A stretch of DNA of 51,190 bases from a virus (Duplodnaviria > Caudoviricetes), in IMG/VR virus record IMGVR_UViG_3300017678_000009, positions 1 through 51,190 of that record. One strand, given 5' to 3'. The position numbers and the translations under genes are program-made. The notes under the pieces are model-generated. The model was given only the letters and a program-made list of their open reading frames with translations, was not told where the DNA came from and did no database searches. Positions 36,185-45,289 of this stretch are shown here, piece after piece; position 1 is the stretch's first letter, and each line of letters starts with the position of its first letter.

Positions 36185-38004
36185 GGAACATACTCCGTTG
36201 CAAGCGCAACCCAGCCGGCGTCCGAGACTGCAACCCCACGCGGGTCACATCCCGAGACGCCCAAGTCGAAGTGGTTGGTGACGTCCAGCGTGTCCGGGTT
36301 CAGCCAGAGCAGTTGCGCGAATCTGCCCGCCGCGCCCGGCCATGCGTCGTTGCGAATCACGATCACGACCACGCGATCATGCACGCGGTCAAAGCGGATG
36401 CCATGCTGGGGGATCATTTCGCCCAGGTTCTTGTAGTTGAACACCGTCCCATCCGCACCGTTGAGGTTGTAGATGTTGATTCCGTTGACGACGCTTCCGC
36501 CGACGATCACATTGCCGCGGTTGTCGTCACACGCGATGGCTTGCAGGCTCGTCTCGGGTCCGTAACCGCGATTGGGGGCAAGCACGCCAGCGGGATTGAG
36601 GTAGATGTCGTTGAACCAGCCCGTGCTATGCCAGTTGGTCTTGCGCGAGTTGCCGAAGACGTCGGTTGTCCACTTCACAGCATCAGGAAGCGGGACGGGA
36701 GCTGCTTTGCCCGCCTCCAAGTCGTTCGCGCGGATCTGGGCGCAGTTGAGATACACCGGACCATTGGGGGGCTCACCGTTATAGCCCAAGCCGTCGTTGG
36801 TCGTGACCATGAAGAGCGGCCGCGCGTCCGGCCACACAACAGGAATGAGCGTGCGTGACACCCCGCGTGCTGGGTCAGAAAGCACACCCTTGAATGAGTC
36901 GATGGCGAGAATGAGACGGCCGCGTCCGGTGGTTGACAGCGCCGTCGCCCGCCAGTCGCCGCTGTTCTCCCGAGTCTCCGCCCCAAACGGACTGACAATT
37001 GGCGACAGCGAATCCAGCGGCGTCTGAGGCTGAATGGCGAACTCGGCGATGGCGGTGCGAGCAAAGAAGCCCGCGTTGTTGTCGGCCGTGGTCACCGCAC
37101 CCGTCACCGCGGGCGTGCCGGTGTAGGCGACTTTGAGGAAAGGGCGGTTGCCAATGCCCGCAAACGGGCTGTTGGGCGTCGGTCCCACCGATTGTGCGCG
37201 GTACTCCACGCACATGTCCTGGACGGCCGTTGCCCACCCATCGACGTTGTACCGGGTCAGATAGTCGCCCGCCGCGATGCCGGCGCCGGGGATGTTCTCT
37301 GATGCGAACACCATGATGTACGGGCCGGCCGCCACGTACACAAACGGGGTGAACACCACAAGCGATCGCACGACGAGCGGCCACGGGTTGTCGCTCAGCA
37401 AGCCGCCCGGTGCCTTGTCTTCGAGCAGCGCCGTCCACTGCACGGTGGGGCGGATCGTGCTTTGGGGGGTTGTGCCGGTGGGGCTTGTCCAATACAGCAA
37501 GCGTGCGACACGCCGCACGCCGATGGAACCGCCATAGTCCTTCTCGCCGTTGGTGGTGCCAGCGCCGTTGCTTGGATGCCCGCCCAGCTTGTTGCTGTCC
37601 CATGCGACCTTGACGCCGCTCCAGGTCTCGTAGGTCGGGTCAGGATCACGAAGCTGAGCAGCCAAGCCCCGCGTCACATGCAGGAAGAAGAAGCTGCCGC
37701 GCACGCCGGTTGCCCCAGTGGGATCGACGACGGCGCGGCCCTTGGTGATGATGCGTGTTCCCGCGGGAGCGAGGATCTGCCCGGATGCAACCGCGACTTC
37801 ACCGACTCCCTGAATCGGACCAGGCAGCGCGCCCGCGTGCGTCGGTTGCAAGCCAGGACGCACCGACCATCGCCGCTTGCCGTCCTTCCCGGTGGGACGC
37901 ACGTTGCGCATGACCCCCGCCGGCACGAATGGAGTCTTCGTGTCGCTAAAGGCAGCCTGGTCAGCCAGGCCCTCGGGGGGAATGAGGCGAGTAGGTTCGG
38001 CCAC
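36181..38004 (-). CDS. Tail protein with nozzle-like N-terminus
   Basis: MRNVRP....RRWSVRPGL resembles the tail tubular B N-terminal motif; beta-propeller-like C-terminus. Confidence 0.55.
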   Translation of the reverse strand: MAEPTRLIPPEGLADQAAFSDTKTPFVPAGVMRNVRPTGKDGKRRWSVRPGLQPTHAGALPGPIQGVGEVAVASGQILAPAGTRIITKGRAVVDPTGATGVRGSFFFLHVTRGLAAQLRDPDPTYETWSGVKVAWDSNKLGGHPSNGAGTTNGEKDYGGSIGVRRVARLLYWTSPTGTTPQSTIRPTVQWTALLEDKAPGGLLSDNPWPLVVRSLVVFTPFVYVAAGPYIMVFASENIPGAGIAAGDYLTRYNVDGWATAVQDMCVEYRAQSVGPTPNSPFAGIGNRPFLKVAYTGTPAVTGAVTTADNNAGFFARTAIAEFAIQPQTPLDSLSPIVSPFGAETRENSGDWRATALSTTGRGRLILAIDSFKGVLSDPARGVSRTLIPVVWPDARPLFMVTTNDGLGYNGEPPNGPVYLNCAQIRANDLEAGKAAPVPLPDAVKWTTDVFGNSRKTNWHSTGWFNDIYLNPAGVLAPNRGYGPETSLQAIACDDNRGNVIVGGSVVNGINIYNLNGADGTVFNYKNLGEMIPQHGIRFDRVHDRVVVIVIRNDAWPGAAGRFAQLLWLNPDTLDVTNHFDLGVSGCDPRGVAVSDAGWVALATEYVP

Positions 38005-38010
38005 GGTGGT

Positions 38011-38649
38011 TCACAGCTTGACGGTCGGGAGAAGGTGACGAGCCCACTGCATCTGGAAGTTGGCAGCACGGACCAAGAGCCCCAAGCTGCCGGTGGGTTC
38101 GTTCATGCCGATTTCGATACGCATGGCGTTGCCAACCTTGAACGCCTTGAACTCATCAGCTTCCGCAAACTTCAGTTGATGTGTCACGGGCTGGTAGGCT
38201 GGAATCGCGAGCGGCCCCGACATCGCGTTCAGGACCGTGCTTTGCCACGGCGTTGTAACTTCGGTGTTGGTCGCGATGTCGAACACCACCGCTCGCGTGC
38301 GAATGGCGAGGTCTGCGTTCTCGGAAGCTGATCCCAAGTTCACCTTGCGAGCCAGATACTTCACCGTGAGGTGCGGCAGGTGGTGTCCCGGCTTGCGCTT
38401 GCGCAGGAAGGACGGGACGGGGAACATCAGCTTGGCGACATGATCGCTCGTCGCTTGTGCCGGCCAATCCAAGCATGGCACCACGCCTCCGTCCCCGTTG
38501 AGGAAGGGATAAGACTCCTCGTTGATGTCGAAGTTCAGCAACTGTCCGTCGTTGCGCTGGAACATGGTGAGCGGGATGAACGGCTCATCGATGAGCCCGC
38601 ACGTGGGCTGTGACTGGCTGAGGAATGTCTCACGATCTGCATTCAGCAT
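38011..38649 (-). CDS. Hypothetical virion protein
   Basis: AGGAG SD; located in the head-tail region. Confidence 0.65.
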   Translation of the reverse strand: MLNADRETFLSQSQPTCGLIDEPFIPLTMFQRNDGQLLNFDINEESYPFLNGDGGVVPCLDWPAQATSDHVAKLMFPVPSFLRKRKPGHHLPHLTVKYLARKVNLGSASENADLAIRTRAVVFDIATNTEVTTPWQSTVLNAMSGPLAIPAYQPVTHQLKFAEADEFKAFKVGNAMRIEIGMNEPTGSLGLLVRAANFQMQWARHLLPTVKL

Positions 38650-38676
38650 GGCTGACTCCTGCCCTGTCAAGGGCGA

Positions 38677-39540
38677 TTACTCCATCACGACGTTGCCCTG
38701 GTACACGACACGCCCGGCCCGGCGTTGGGCATCGCCGCCGTCTTGGTACTTGCGTCCGGGCTTTCGGAGCGGGCCGCGCATGCGGTCGTTGTCGTCTTTG
38801 AGCTTGGTCAGCTTCGCCGCATATGCAGCCAGCTCGCCGGCCGCGTTGAGCCCGTTGACTGAGGGGCTGCCGCGCAGGAACCGCGCGGAAGTCAGATCAA
38901 GCACCGCCTTGTCACACTCAGACGGCCACGGCGGGCTGTGCTGGGTTGCATCATCCGAAACAGGCAGGTACGTGATGCGGACGCTGATGCACGCCTTGTA
39001 CGCGACGCGCGGGCGGGGGTAGATCTGCACGGCGCGTGTGGGCCGGCCGCTCATGAAGTTGCGTTGATCCACCGTCAGGGGGGCGCGAATGTCCTCGCCT
39101 ACGCGCGTCTCTAGGATCGCGTAATACTTGGGCTCACCCGGATACGTGTCATTGGCGAGGTAGCGGGAGACACGCTGCCGCGTGACGCGCGTCAACCGCC
39201 CACCGAACATGTTGCCGCCGCTCCAGGACGATTCATCCGTGCCGGGGCCGATGACTTGGGGAGGAAGAAGAAACATCGTGTCGCTTCCGTTTACCGACCA
39301 CGGATCGGTTGCGGAGAGCGTGAACTCGTGAACCTCGTCGCGCCAGCTCCAATCGTGAGCGGCCGTGAACTCATCGCCCGCTTCATTGAACGCGGTGATG
39401 AGCTTGCCATACACGCTGGATTGCGGGCTGAGGGTCGGCCGCCCAGTCCGCGTATCCGCCAAGCCCAGGCGTTCGGCCACTTGCACGAGCAGATCGTGCG
39501 TGGACGTGTGGGGCTCTTGAATGGGGAGTTCGGTGGGCAA
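38677..39540 (-). CDS. Head-tail adaptor (tail tubular A-like)
   Basis: AFNEA..EF..AHDWSW, GEPKYY, IYPRP and PPWP pattern; follows the capsid genes. Confidence 0.65.
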   Translation of the reverse strand: MPTELPIQEPHTSTHDLLVQVAERLGLADTRTGRPTLSPQSSVYGKLITAFNEAGDEFTAAHDWSWRDEVHEFTLSATDPWSVNGSDTMFLLPPQVIGPGTDESSWSGGNMFGGRLTRVTRQRVSRYLANDTYPGEPKYYAILETRVGEDIRAPLTVDQRNFMSGRPTRAVQIYPRPRVAYKACISVRITYLPVSDDATQHSPPWPSECDKAVLDLTSARFLRGSPSVNGLNAAGELAAYAAKLTKLKDDNDRMRGPLRKPGRKYQDGGDAQRRAGRVVYQGNVVME

Positions 39541-39648
39541 ATGCGTCGCCGGTTGGTGATCTCCGGCCCCCCGCCGCTGACGCGGAACGAGGTCTGTGGA
39601 GCCGGCGACGCTGGTTGGTTTGGTCCGCTTTCGCGGACGGTGGTTGGT

Positions 39649-40197
39649 TTAGACGCCGCCGCGCATGCCGTTGAACCAGCACAGGCAGAGCTTCTCAGCT
39701 CCGCTCGAATTGGCTTCCAAGGCAGTAACGACGGGCTGACGCAGCTTCACGAGCGTGTCGAAACCGGGGTTGGCGATGGGGCTGTACGAGCCGTCGCCCA
39801 ACGCCAGCTCGGCACCCACGGCCGTGCCGTTGGGGATCAGGACCATGCACGGGCCTTCCAAGTGACGCACTTGGATGATGCCGCCGCGTCGCAACGTGGG
39901 CGCTCCGGCGTCGTCGATGGCGTTGATTTCGCTTTCGTCGAAGTCTTCCACGACAAACCGCGGCATGTTGAGGAACCCCGTCTGCGCTCGCGTCACCGTC
40001 CAGATCGACGAGCGATTGGCGGTGGGCACAAGATGGAAGTAGGGGTCCAAGACGACAACGTGACCACGCTTGAGATCGGCGCCGATAGCACTGCGCGAGC
40101 CGGCGGCCGCGTTGATGTTCATCGCCGTGAGGTTCACGAGAATCTTCTCGGCGCTTTGCAGGTTCTTTGGCACCTGCGCTGTGGGGATACGAGGCAT
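39649..40197 (-). CDS. Putative capsid cement/decoration protein
   Basis: Directly after MCP; LKRGHVVVLD, GIIQV, GAELALGDG beta-rich pattern. Confidence 0.55.
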   Translation of the reverse strand: MPRIPTAQVPKNLQSAEKILVNLTAMNINAAAGSRSAIGADLKRGHVVVLDPYFHLVPTANRSSIWTVTRAQTGFLNMPRFVVEDFDESEINAIDDAGAPTLRRGGIIQVRHLEGPCMVLIPNGTAVGAELALGDGSYSPIANPGFDTLVKLRQPVVTALEANSSGAEKLCLCWFNGMRGGV

Positions 40198-40272
40198 GGG
40201 ATCGGTCCTTGTACGGCCCCCGGTGTGAAGCCAGGGGCGTTATGTGCGAGAGTGTGAAACGACGCCGATCAA

Positions 40273-41367
40273 TCAGGCCGCGTAACGGCTCATGACAAAC
40301 ACAGCTTCGGCGGGGTTGGTGCAGATGAGCTGGGCGTTGTGGTCCCACGAGAAGTAACTGACGTTGCGGTTCTTCTTGGTGGGGCCGACGCGGTTGAGCC
40401 AATCGCCCTTCAGGTACTTCCACATGAAGCGGTTGAGGCGCAGGCCGATGACGGGCTTGGTGGGCAGCGTGTCCAGGAGAGCGACCTTGACCAGCCGCAT
40501 CTCGGCCAGTCGCATCGCCCGCTTGGGAGCCAGGTCACGCACGTCCGCATCGCTGTTGCGACGGTTGATCTTGCCCTTGTAGGAGAGATAGTCGTCGCGG
40601 CCCATCATCACGATCGTGTCCGAGACGCTCTGCGTCTTGAACCGCGTGATGGGGTGCGGATTGAAGTTGGTCATCGTCGCCATCTTGTCGAGCAGATCGA
40701 CTTCATCATCGCCGATGCCCACGGTGTCCACCGTCGCGACCAGGTTGCCCTTGCACACGAGCGGGTCACCACGATCGATGCCCTGCCACTTGCTGTCCAC
40801 GACGCCATCAGGACGCACGGCGTAAATGCCGTTGAACTTGGGCTCGGGGGTGCGGACCAGGACGCCGCTGGAGTTGCGAGCTTCGCGGGCGTGTTCGAAC
40901 AGGCCGGCGATCTTCGGATCGCGGTCGCTGTTGGGGGCGTAGCCGGCGGTGAGCAGCTTGGCTTGCAGGCTCTTGGTGAGCTTGCGACGGCCCTTGATCT
41001 CACCGTCATTCATCATGGCGTAGTGAGCAGCCTTGCCGGCGTTGGCATCAATTGCGCGACGGTCGTAAGCCTCGGGGCTGAACGTGTTGAGGCTCATCGT
41101 CCAGGTCATGCGCTTGTTCCCTTGGGGGATTTCGATGGTGTCATCATCGAACAGCGCGGTTTCCTGAAGTCCCATGCCCGAGTCTTCGTTGTTGTAGAAC
41201 AACTCGCCCGTCATGGCGCCGACGCTCTTGTCGCGCACGCCGTCGAGCAGCTCCACGAGCAGGTTGGCATCTTCTTGGTCCCACCACTGGAGGACATTGA
41301 CCGGCTTATCACGGTCCTTGTCTGTGGCCGACAGATACGATTCGAACAGGTCTGCCCGGATAGGCAT
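40273..41367 (-). CDS. Major capsid protein
   Basis: 364 aa directly after the scaffold; IAGLFE and QLICTNP HK97-fold-like segments. Confidence 0.75.
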   Translation of the reverse strand: MPIRADLFESYLSATDKDRDKPVNVLQWWDQEDANLLVELLDGVRDKSVGAMTGELFYNNEDSGMGLQETALFDDDTIEIPQGNKRMTWTMSLNTFSPEAYDRRAIDANAGKAAHYAMMNDGEIKGRRKLTKSLQAKLLTAGYAPNSDRDPKIAGLFEHAREARNSSGVLVRTPEPKFNGIYAVRPDGVVDSKWQGIDRGDPLVCKGNLVATVDTVGIGDDEVDLLDKMATMTNFNPHPITRFKTQSVSDTIVMMGRDDYLSYKGKINRRNSDADVRDLAPKRAMRLAEMRLVKVALLDTLPTKPVIGLRLNRFMWKYLKGDWLNRVGPTKKNRNVSYFSWDHNAQLICTNPAEAVFVMSRYAA

Positions 41368-41431
41368 GGTCGTTTCTCACAAACCCCGCAATGCAGGCGG
41401 TTGCTCAGGCCGCCCGTCCGTTCACATCAAC

Positions 41432-42655
41432 TCATTCACGCCGCGCTTCACGCAAGATGTCATCCAGCGACTTGGCCTTTCGCCCATCCGCGGGGGCCGC
41501 ACCGCCCAGCTTCCGCTTGATCGACGCCGCGTTTGCCTGCTTGCCGCCGCCGCTCTTGCCACCCGACGTCGCCAGGCGATCACGCACGACCTTCCGCAGC
41601 ACGGTGATGGCATCAAGCTGCTTGCCCGTGTCCTTTAGCTTGGCGTTCGCTCTGGCTCGCAGTTCGCCCGCTTCACGCAGAATCTCCAGCCGTGCCTGCC
41701 GCTGGTCGCGCGTCAGTTGCTTGCTGGACATGCCCACAAGCTCTTCGGCGCCGACTTCTTCCGCAATGCGGTCGATGTCGGGATCGGCTTTGGCCCACAA
41801 ACGCTCGCCCTGCACGGCGTTGCGCAGCTCGTCCAGCTCCATGCGGTTGGCCTCAGAGATCACCACCTGATCGGCCAACGTCTTCACCAGCTTGGTCAGG
41901 AACTTGACGCCCTTCTTGTCGCCCTTGGCGATTCCCAGCACGTCCATGCCTTCATTGACCAGTTCGCGTGCTTCCCTCTGCACCTGGGCGTACACCGGAC
42001 GCAGGGGCTCGGGGAGCTGCTTGGAAGCGTCCGCGTCCCGCTTCTCAGCACTGGTACGGCCGTCGCCATCGACTTCAACGTCGTCGAGATCCTCGTCATC
42101 GAGGTCTTCGTCGTCTTCACTGTCGGTAGGCTCGTCATCGTCCGTATCCGACGCTTTGGCGGGCTTCTTCTCGTCCTTGCCCTTGCCAGCACCCTCGGGC
42201 TTCTTCTTGCCCTGCTTCACTTCCTTGGCAGCTTCGTCGAGGGCCGCCTCGGCGTCTTCGTCCTCATCACCTTCCGCGGCGTCGGCATCCGCATCCTCGT
42301 CCTCGTCGCCGTCCTCTTCGCCATCGCCATCGTCGTCACGCAACAGTTCGTGCGCTGCATCATCTTCGTCATCGGCGTCGTCGCTCGCCGGCTCAGGCTT
42401 GGCCGCGGGCTTTTCGCTCTTGGATGCAGGATCTTTCGCCGCGGCTTTGGCGGGCTTCTTCGCCTTGGAATCAGGCTTGCTCTCATCACGTGCGCCATCA
42501 TCACCGCCCGTCGCGTCAGCACCGCTGTTGTCGGGCGCAGCACCATCCGCACCAGGATTGGCAGCGTCAGGCGTGCTCGGGGGCGTACCGGGAACGGGGT
42601 CCGCCTGCGACAGATCCATAGGGCCTTCGGGAGCAAGGGTGATGTGGTTTCGCAT
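41432..42655 (-). CDS. Capsid scaffolding protein
   Basis: Highly acidic D/E/A/P N-terminal half and helical C-terminus, between portal and MCP. Confidence 0.75.
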   Translation of the reverse strand: MRNHITLAPEGPMDLSQADPVPGTPPSTPDAANPGADGAAPDNSGADATGGDDGARDESKPDSKAKKPAKAAAKDPASKSEKPAAKPEPASDDADDEDDAAHELLRDDDGDGEEDGDEDEDADADAAEGDEDEDAEAALDEAAKEVKQGKKKPEGAGKGKDEKKPAKASDTDDDEPTDSEDDEDLDDEDLDDVEVDGDGRTSAEKRDADASKQLPEPLRPVYAQVQREARELVNEGMDVLGIAKGDKKGVKFLTKLVKTLADQVVISEANRMELDELRNAVQGERLWAKADPDIDRIAEEVGAEELVGMSSKQLTRDQRQARLEILREAGELRARANAKLKDTGKQLDAITVLRKVVRDRLATSGGKSGGGKQANAASIKRKLGGAAPADGRKAKSLDDILREARRE

Positions 42656-42689
42656 GAAACAATCGTGAATGACTCACGCAACTCATGCC

Positions 42690-42707
42690 ACTACAACAAG
42701 TTGTAGT
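42690..42707. promoter_or_regulatory. Palindromic site ACTACAAC-AA-GTTGTAGT upstream of scaffold/capsid genes
   Basis: Perfect 8-bp inverted repeat; CTACA-N6-TGTAG core shared with 50894-50909. Confidence 0.6.
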
Positions 42708-42710
42708 TTT

Positions 42711-43142
42711 TCATTCCTCGCTGATGGTCGCGCCGGCGCCGGCGACCTTCCCCGCAGCTTCGAGCTTGTCACGCACTTCGCGGTACTTCTTCGCGACTTT
42801 GCGGTTGGGGAAGATCACCCGCTTTGCCATCGGGCCTGATGTCTGGATGCAGTTGGCGACTTCCGCACTGCCACCGTACTTGGGATCGGCGAACATTGGC
42901 GCGACTTCGCGTGCTCGCTTGGCACTGCCCCAGCGTTCCAGCACAGAGAGGCCTTCGCTCTTGCTCCATTGCTTGCACGCTTCGTCATCCACGCGCACGT
43001 TCTTTGCTTGGTAGTCCTGCTCGCGTTTGCAGCCGCATCCAGGGCATGTGATGTGCGCAGCTTTCGCGGCCGGCCACGCAATCTCGGCTGTCTCGTCGTC
43101 GCAATCGGGGTTGGTGCATGGTTGTAGTGGGTAGGTGGGCAT
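42711..43142 (-). CDS. FmdB-like zinc-ribbon protein
   Basis: MPTY...C...C and CPGCG motifs; typical post-portal gene. Confidence 0.75.
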   Translation of the reverse strand: MPTYPLQPCTNPDCDDETAEIAWPAAKAAHITCPGCGCKREQDYQAKNVRVDDEACKQWSKSEGLSVLERWGSAKRAREVAPMFADPKYGGSAEVANCIQTSGPMAKRVIFPNRKVAKKYREVRDKLEAAGKVAGAGATISEE

Positions 43143-43150
43143 GATGATCC

Positions 43151-45007
43151 TCACATGGGGGCGGGCTGGGACGCGGGCGTCGTGCCCCGCTGCATGGCGG
43201 GCCTGGTGGTTGCCATGCCGGGTGCGGATGGATTGGCTTGACGCATCCGCGCGTTAGGTGTCTGGCTGATGTTGCCGCGTCCAGCGGGGGCGGCTGTGCT
43301 CGGTTGCGACGGCGCTCCGGGCGTGGTCAGTTGTGCATCCATCGATCCATTCGCCATCGCGGTTTGAGCGAGCTGTTGAAGCGCCATCGCCGACGAGCTG
43401 CCGACAAGCTGAGCAAGTTCGGGGTTGTCGTCCAGCTTCACCACGGTGTCCGTGAGCACGCGAGGATCGGTGCCGAACGCCTGCATCCACGCCATCGCCA
43501 GAGCGGGGTGTTCGCGGATGGATTGCTTCTGCATCGCCCGCTTGGTGGCAGGGTCCATCGGATCGCGCTGACGCACCGTGGCCGAAACAACCAAGTCCAT
43601 CGCCGTGTCTTCCCGCGTGCGATCGGAAAGGACCAGGACGACGGGCCGGCCGCCCGCTTCGTGCTTGTAACGCTCCACCGCAGGCCCCAGCCCGGCCGCA
43701 TCCATGACCATGAGCCATTGGCGGTACAGACGCATCGCGGCATCATCGGACCTGTTGAGCCGCTTGCGCATGGCGGTGATGATCGCCTGTGCGTTGGTTT
43801 GCACGAGCACGGCTTGGCCGACCGTGTTCCCCACGCCTTCGCTGCCTGTGACCTGGTTGACGTTGAGCGTGGTCTGATTCGCTCGTGACTCCAGCCAGCT
43901 CAGGGCCTCCATGTCCTCGCGGGAGGGGCCGGGCTTGGTCTTGTACATCACGGAGTTGGGGTCAGACGTTTCGATCATTGCATCATCGCCCGCTTCATCA
44001 GCCTCCTCGGCCGCTTCGCGTCCCGCCGGCGTGAAGAACGTCTGCGTCTTGGCGTTGATAACACGATCCGTGACACGCGCGGCGACGAGGTTGACGGCGC
44101 TGTGAATGTCCGCGATCTTCACGATGGGGGGCGTCTCGGTGTCGATGTGGGGGAGCTTCTGGTAGTTGACGCGGATCAGCGTGCCGCCCTCAAACCCCTC
44201 CACCCACTCATCCCACGGATGGAGAAACCCGAGCGTGTCGATCATGTCGATGCTGGGCAAGGTGCATTTCAGCGTCGTGCCGAACGCAAACAGATAGAAC
44301 TCCCACACATGCACCGTATCGAGCAGGTCAACATCCACCGCATCGGCGGTGCGGTTGTACTCGGGCACGGTCTCGTTGTGGCCGCCGTCATCGAAGTAGC
44401 GATGCAGGTCATCGGCGCGGTCGCCATAGAGCAGCCGGGCCGTCTCGCGCGGCATCCGCTTGCGGATAGCCTGCCACTGGCGCTCTTCCCAGCGGTGGTT
44501 GGTGTCGTACAGCACGTCTTCATTGGGCACAAAGCGTGCGATGATCTCACCGCGGTCGCGTGTGGGGCCTTGCACGTCCGCTTCGCCGCTGTGAATGGCG
44601 AGCGTGATCTCGATGAACCCCTCGCCGTAGGTTGCCGCAGCCAGTGCAGCGAGGTTGCGGCACGTCGCGTAGTCGGTGCGCTCGAGCTGATGGTCGATCC
44701 GCTTGCCCAGGATCAGGGCGAGCCCGTTCTGTTTGGCCTCGGTGAACTTGACATCCGCCCGCACTTCTTCTTCGCCCAGCACGAAGTCAAAGGCGTCCAG
44801 ATGCTTCTGGATGATGTTGATGGGGGCTTTGCTCTGGCCCTTCTCATCGCCGGCCATGTTCCGACCGACGTATTCGGTGAACATCGTGCGGCCGCGTTGC
44901 CACAGGGGACGACGATGCTTCTCCGACGCCTCGAGCGCACGGCGCAACGCGGCAGCGGTCGGCAGTCCGTTCACATCACGTTCAGTGTCGATTGCCACGG
45001 CGCACAC
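43151..45007 (-). CDS. Portal protein
   Basis: 618 aa after TerL; PINII, YGEGFI, TVGQA, Q/A/P-rich tail typical of podoviral portals. Confidence 0.8.
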   Translation of the reverse strand: MCAVAIDTERDVNGLPTAAALRRALEASEKHRRPLWQRGRTMFTEYVGRNMAGDEKGQSKAPINIIQKHLDAFDFVLGEEEVRADVKFTEAKQNGLALILGKRIDHQLERTDYATCRNLAALAAATYGEGFIEITLAIHSGEADVQGPTRDRGEIIARFVPNEDVLYDTNHRWEERQWQAIRKRMPRETARLLYGDRADDLHRYFDDGGHNETVPEYNRTADAVDVDLLDTVHVWEFYLFAFGTTLKCTLPSIDMIDTLGFLHPWDEWVEGFEGGTLIRVNYQKLPHIDTETPPIVKIADIHSAVNLVAARVTDRVINAKTQTFFTPAGREAAEEADEAGDDAMIETSDPNSVMYKTKPGPSREDMEALSWLESRANQTTLNVNQVTGSEGVGNTVGQAVLVQTNAQAIITAMRKRLNRSDDAAMRLYRQWLMVMDAAGLGPAVERYKHEAGGRPVVLVLSDRTREDTAMDLVVSATVRQRDPMDPATKRAMQKQSIREHPALAMAWMQAFGTDPRVLTDTVVKLDDNPELAQLVGSSSAMALQQLAQTAMANGSMDAQLTTPGAPSQPSTAAPAGRGNISQTPNARMRQANPSAPGMATTRPAMQRGTTPASQPAPM

Positions 45008-45045
45008 TCGGGCGCCAGCGGGCAGGGGGAGAGATCACCGCGAGA

Positions 45046-45252
45046 TCATAGCGGCGACTTCAGAGCACGATTCACTTCGTCCGCCGTCACCGCGCCGCGA
45101 AACGGGATGCCATTGATGACGTTGTGGTAGTGCTCGCGATCCCGTTCGCTCATCATCAGGTAGGGCCATTCAGGCACAAACACATGCCGCGCCAACTCAC
45201 TCAGATCTCGCAACACGTCGGCGCCCGGTTTGCTCGGTTGACTCTTCACCAT
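45046..45252 (-). CDS. Hypothetical protein, possibly leaderless
   Basis: TAGAAT -10 hexamer ends 6 nt before the ATG. Confidence 0.55.
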   Translation of the reverse strand: MVKSQPSKPGADVLRDLSELARHVFVPEWPYLMMSERDREHYHNVINGIPFRGAVTADEVNRALKSPL

Positions 45253-45289
45253 GCGCACATTCTACCCATTTCTCCCCCGTTACCGACGC

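Noticed and set aside
39649-40290. Programmed frameshift or readthrough extending the capsid protein
   Set aside because: No slippery heptamer at the MCP end; the next gene has its own AAGGA SD
42080-42390. GAC/GAG-rich repeats
   Set aside because: Acidic low-complexity region of the scaffold protein
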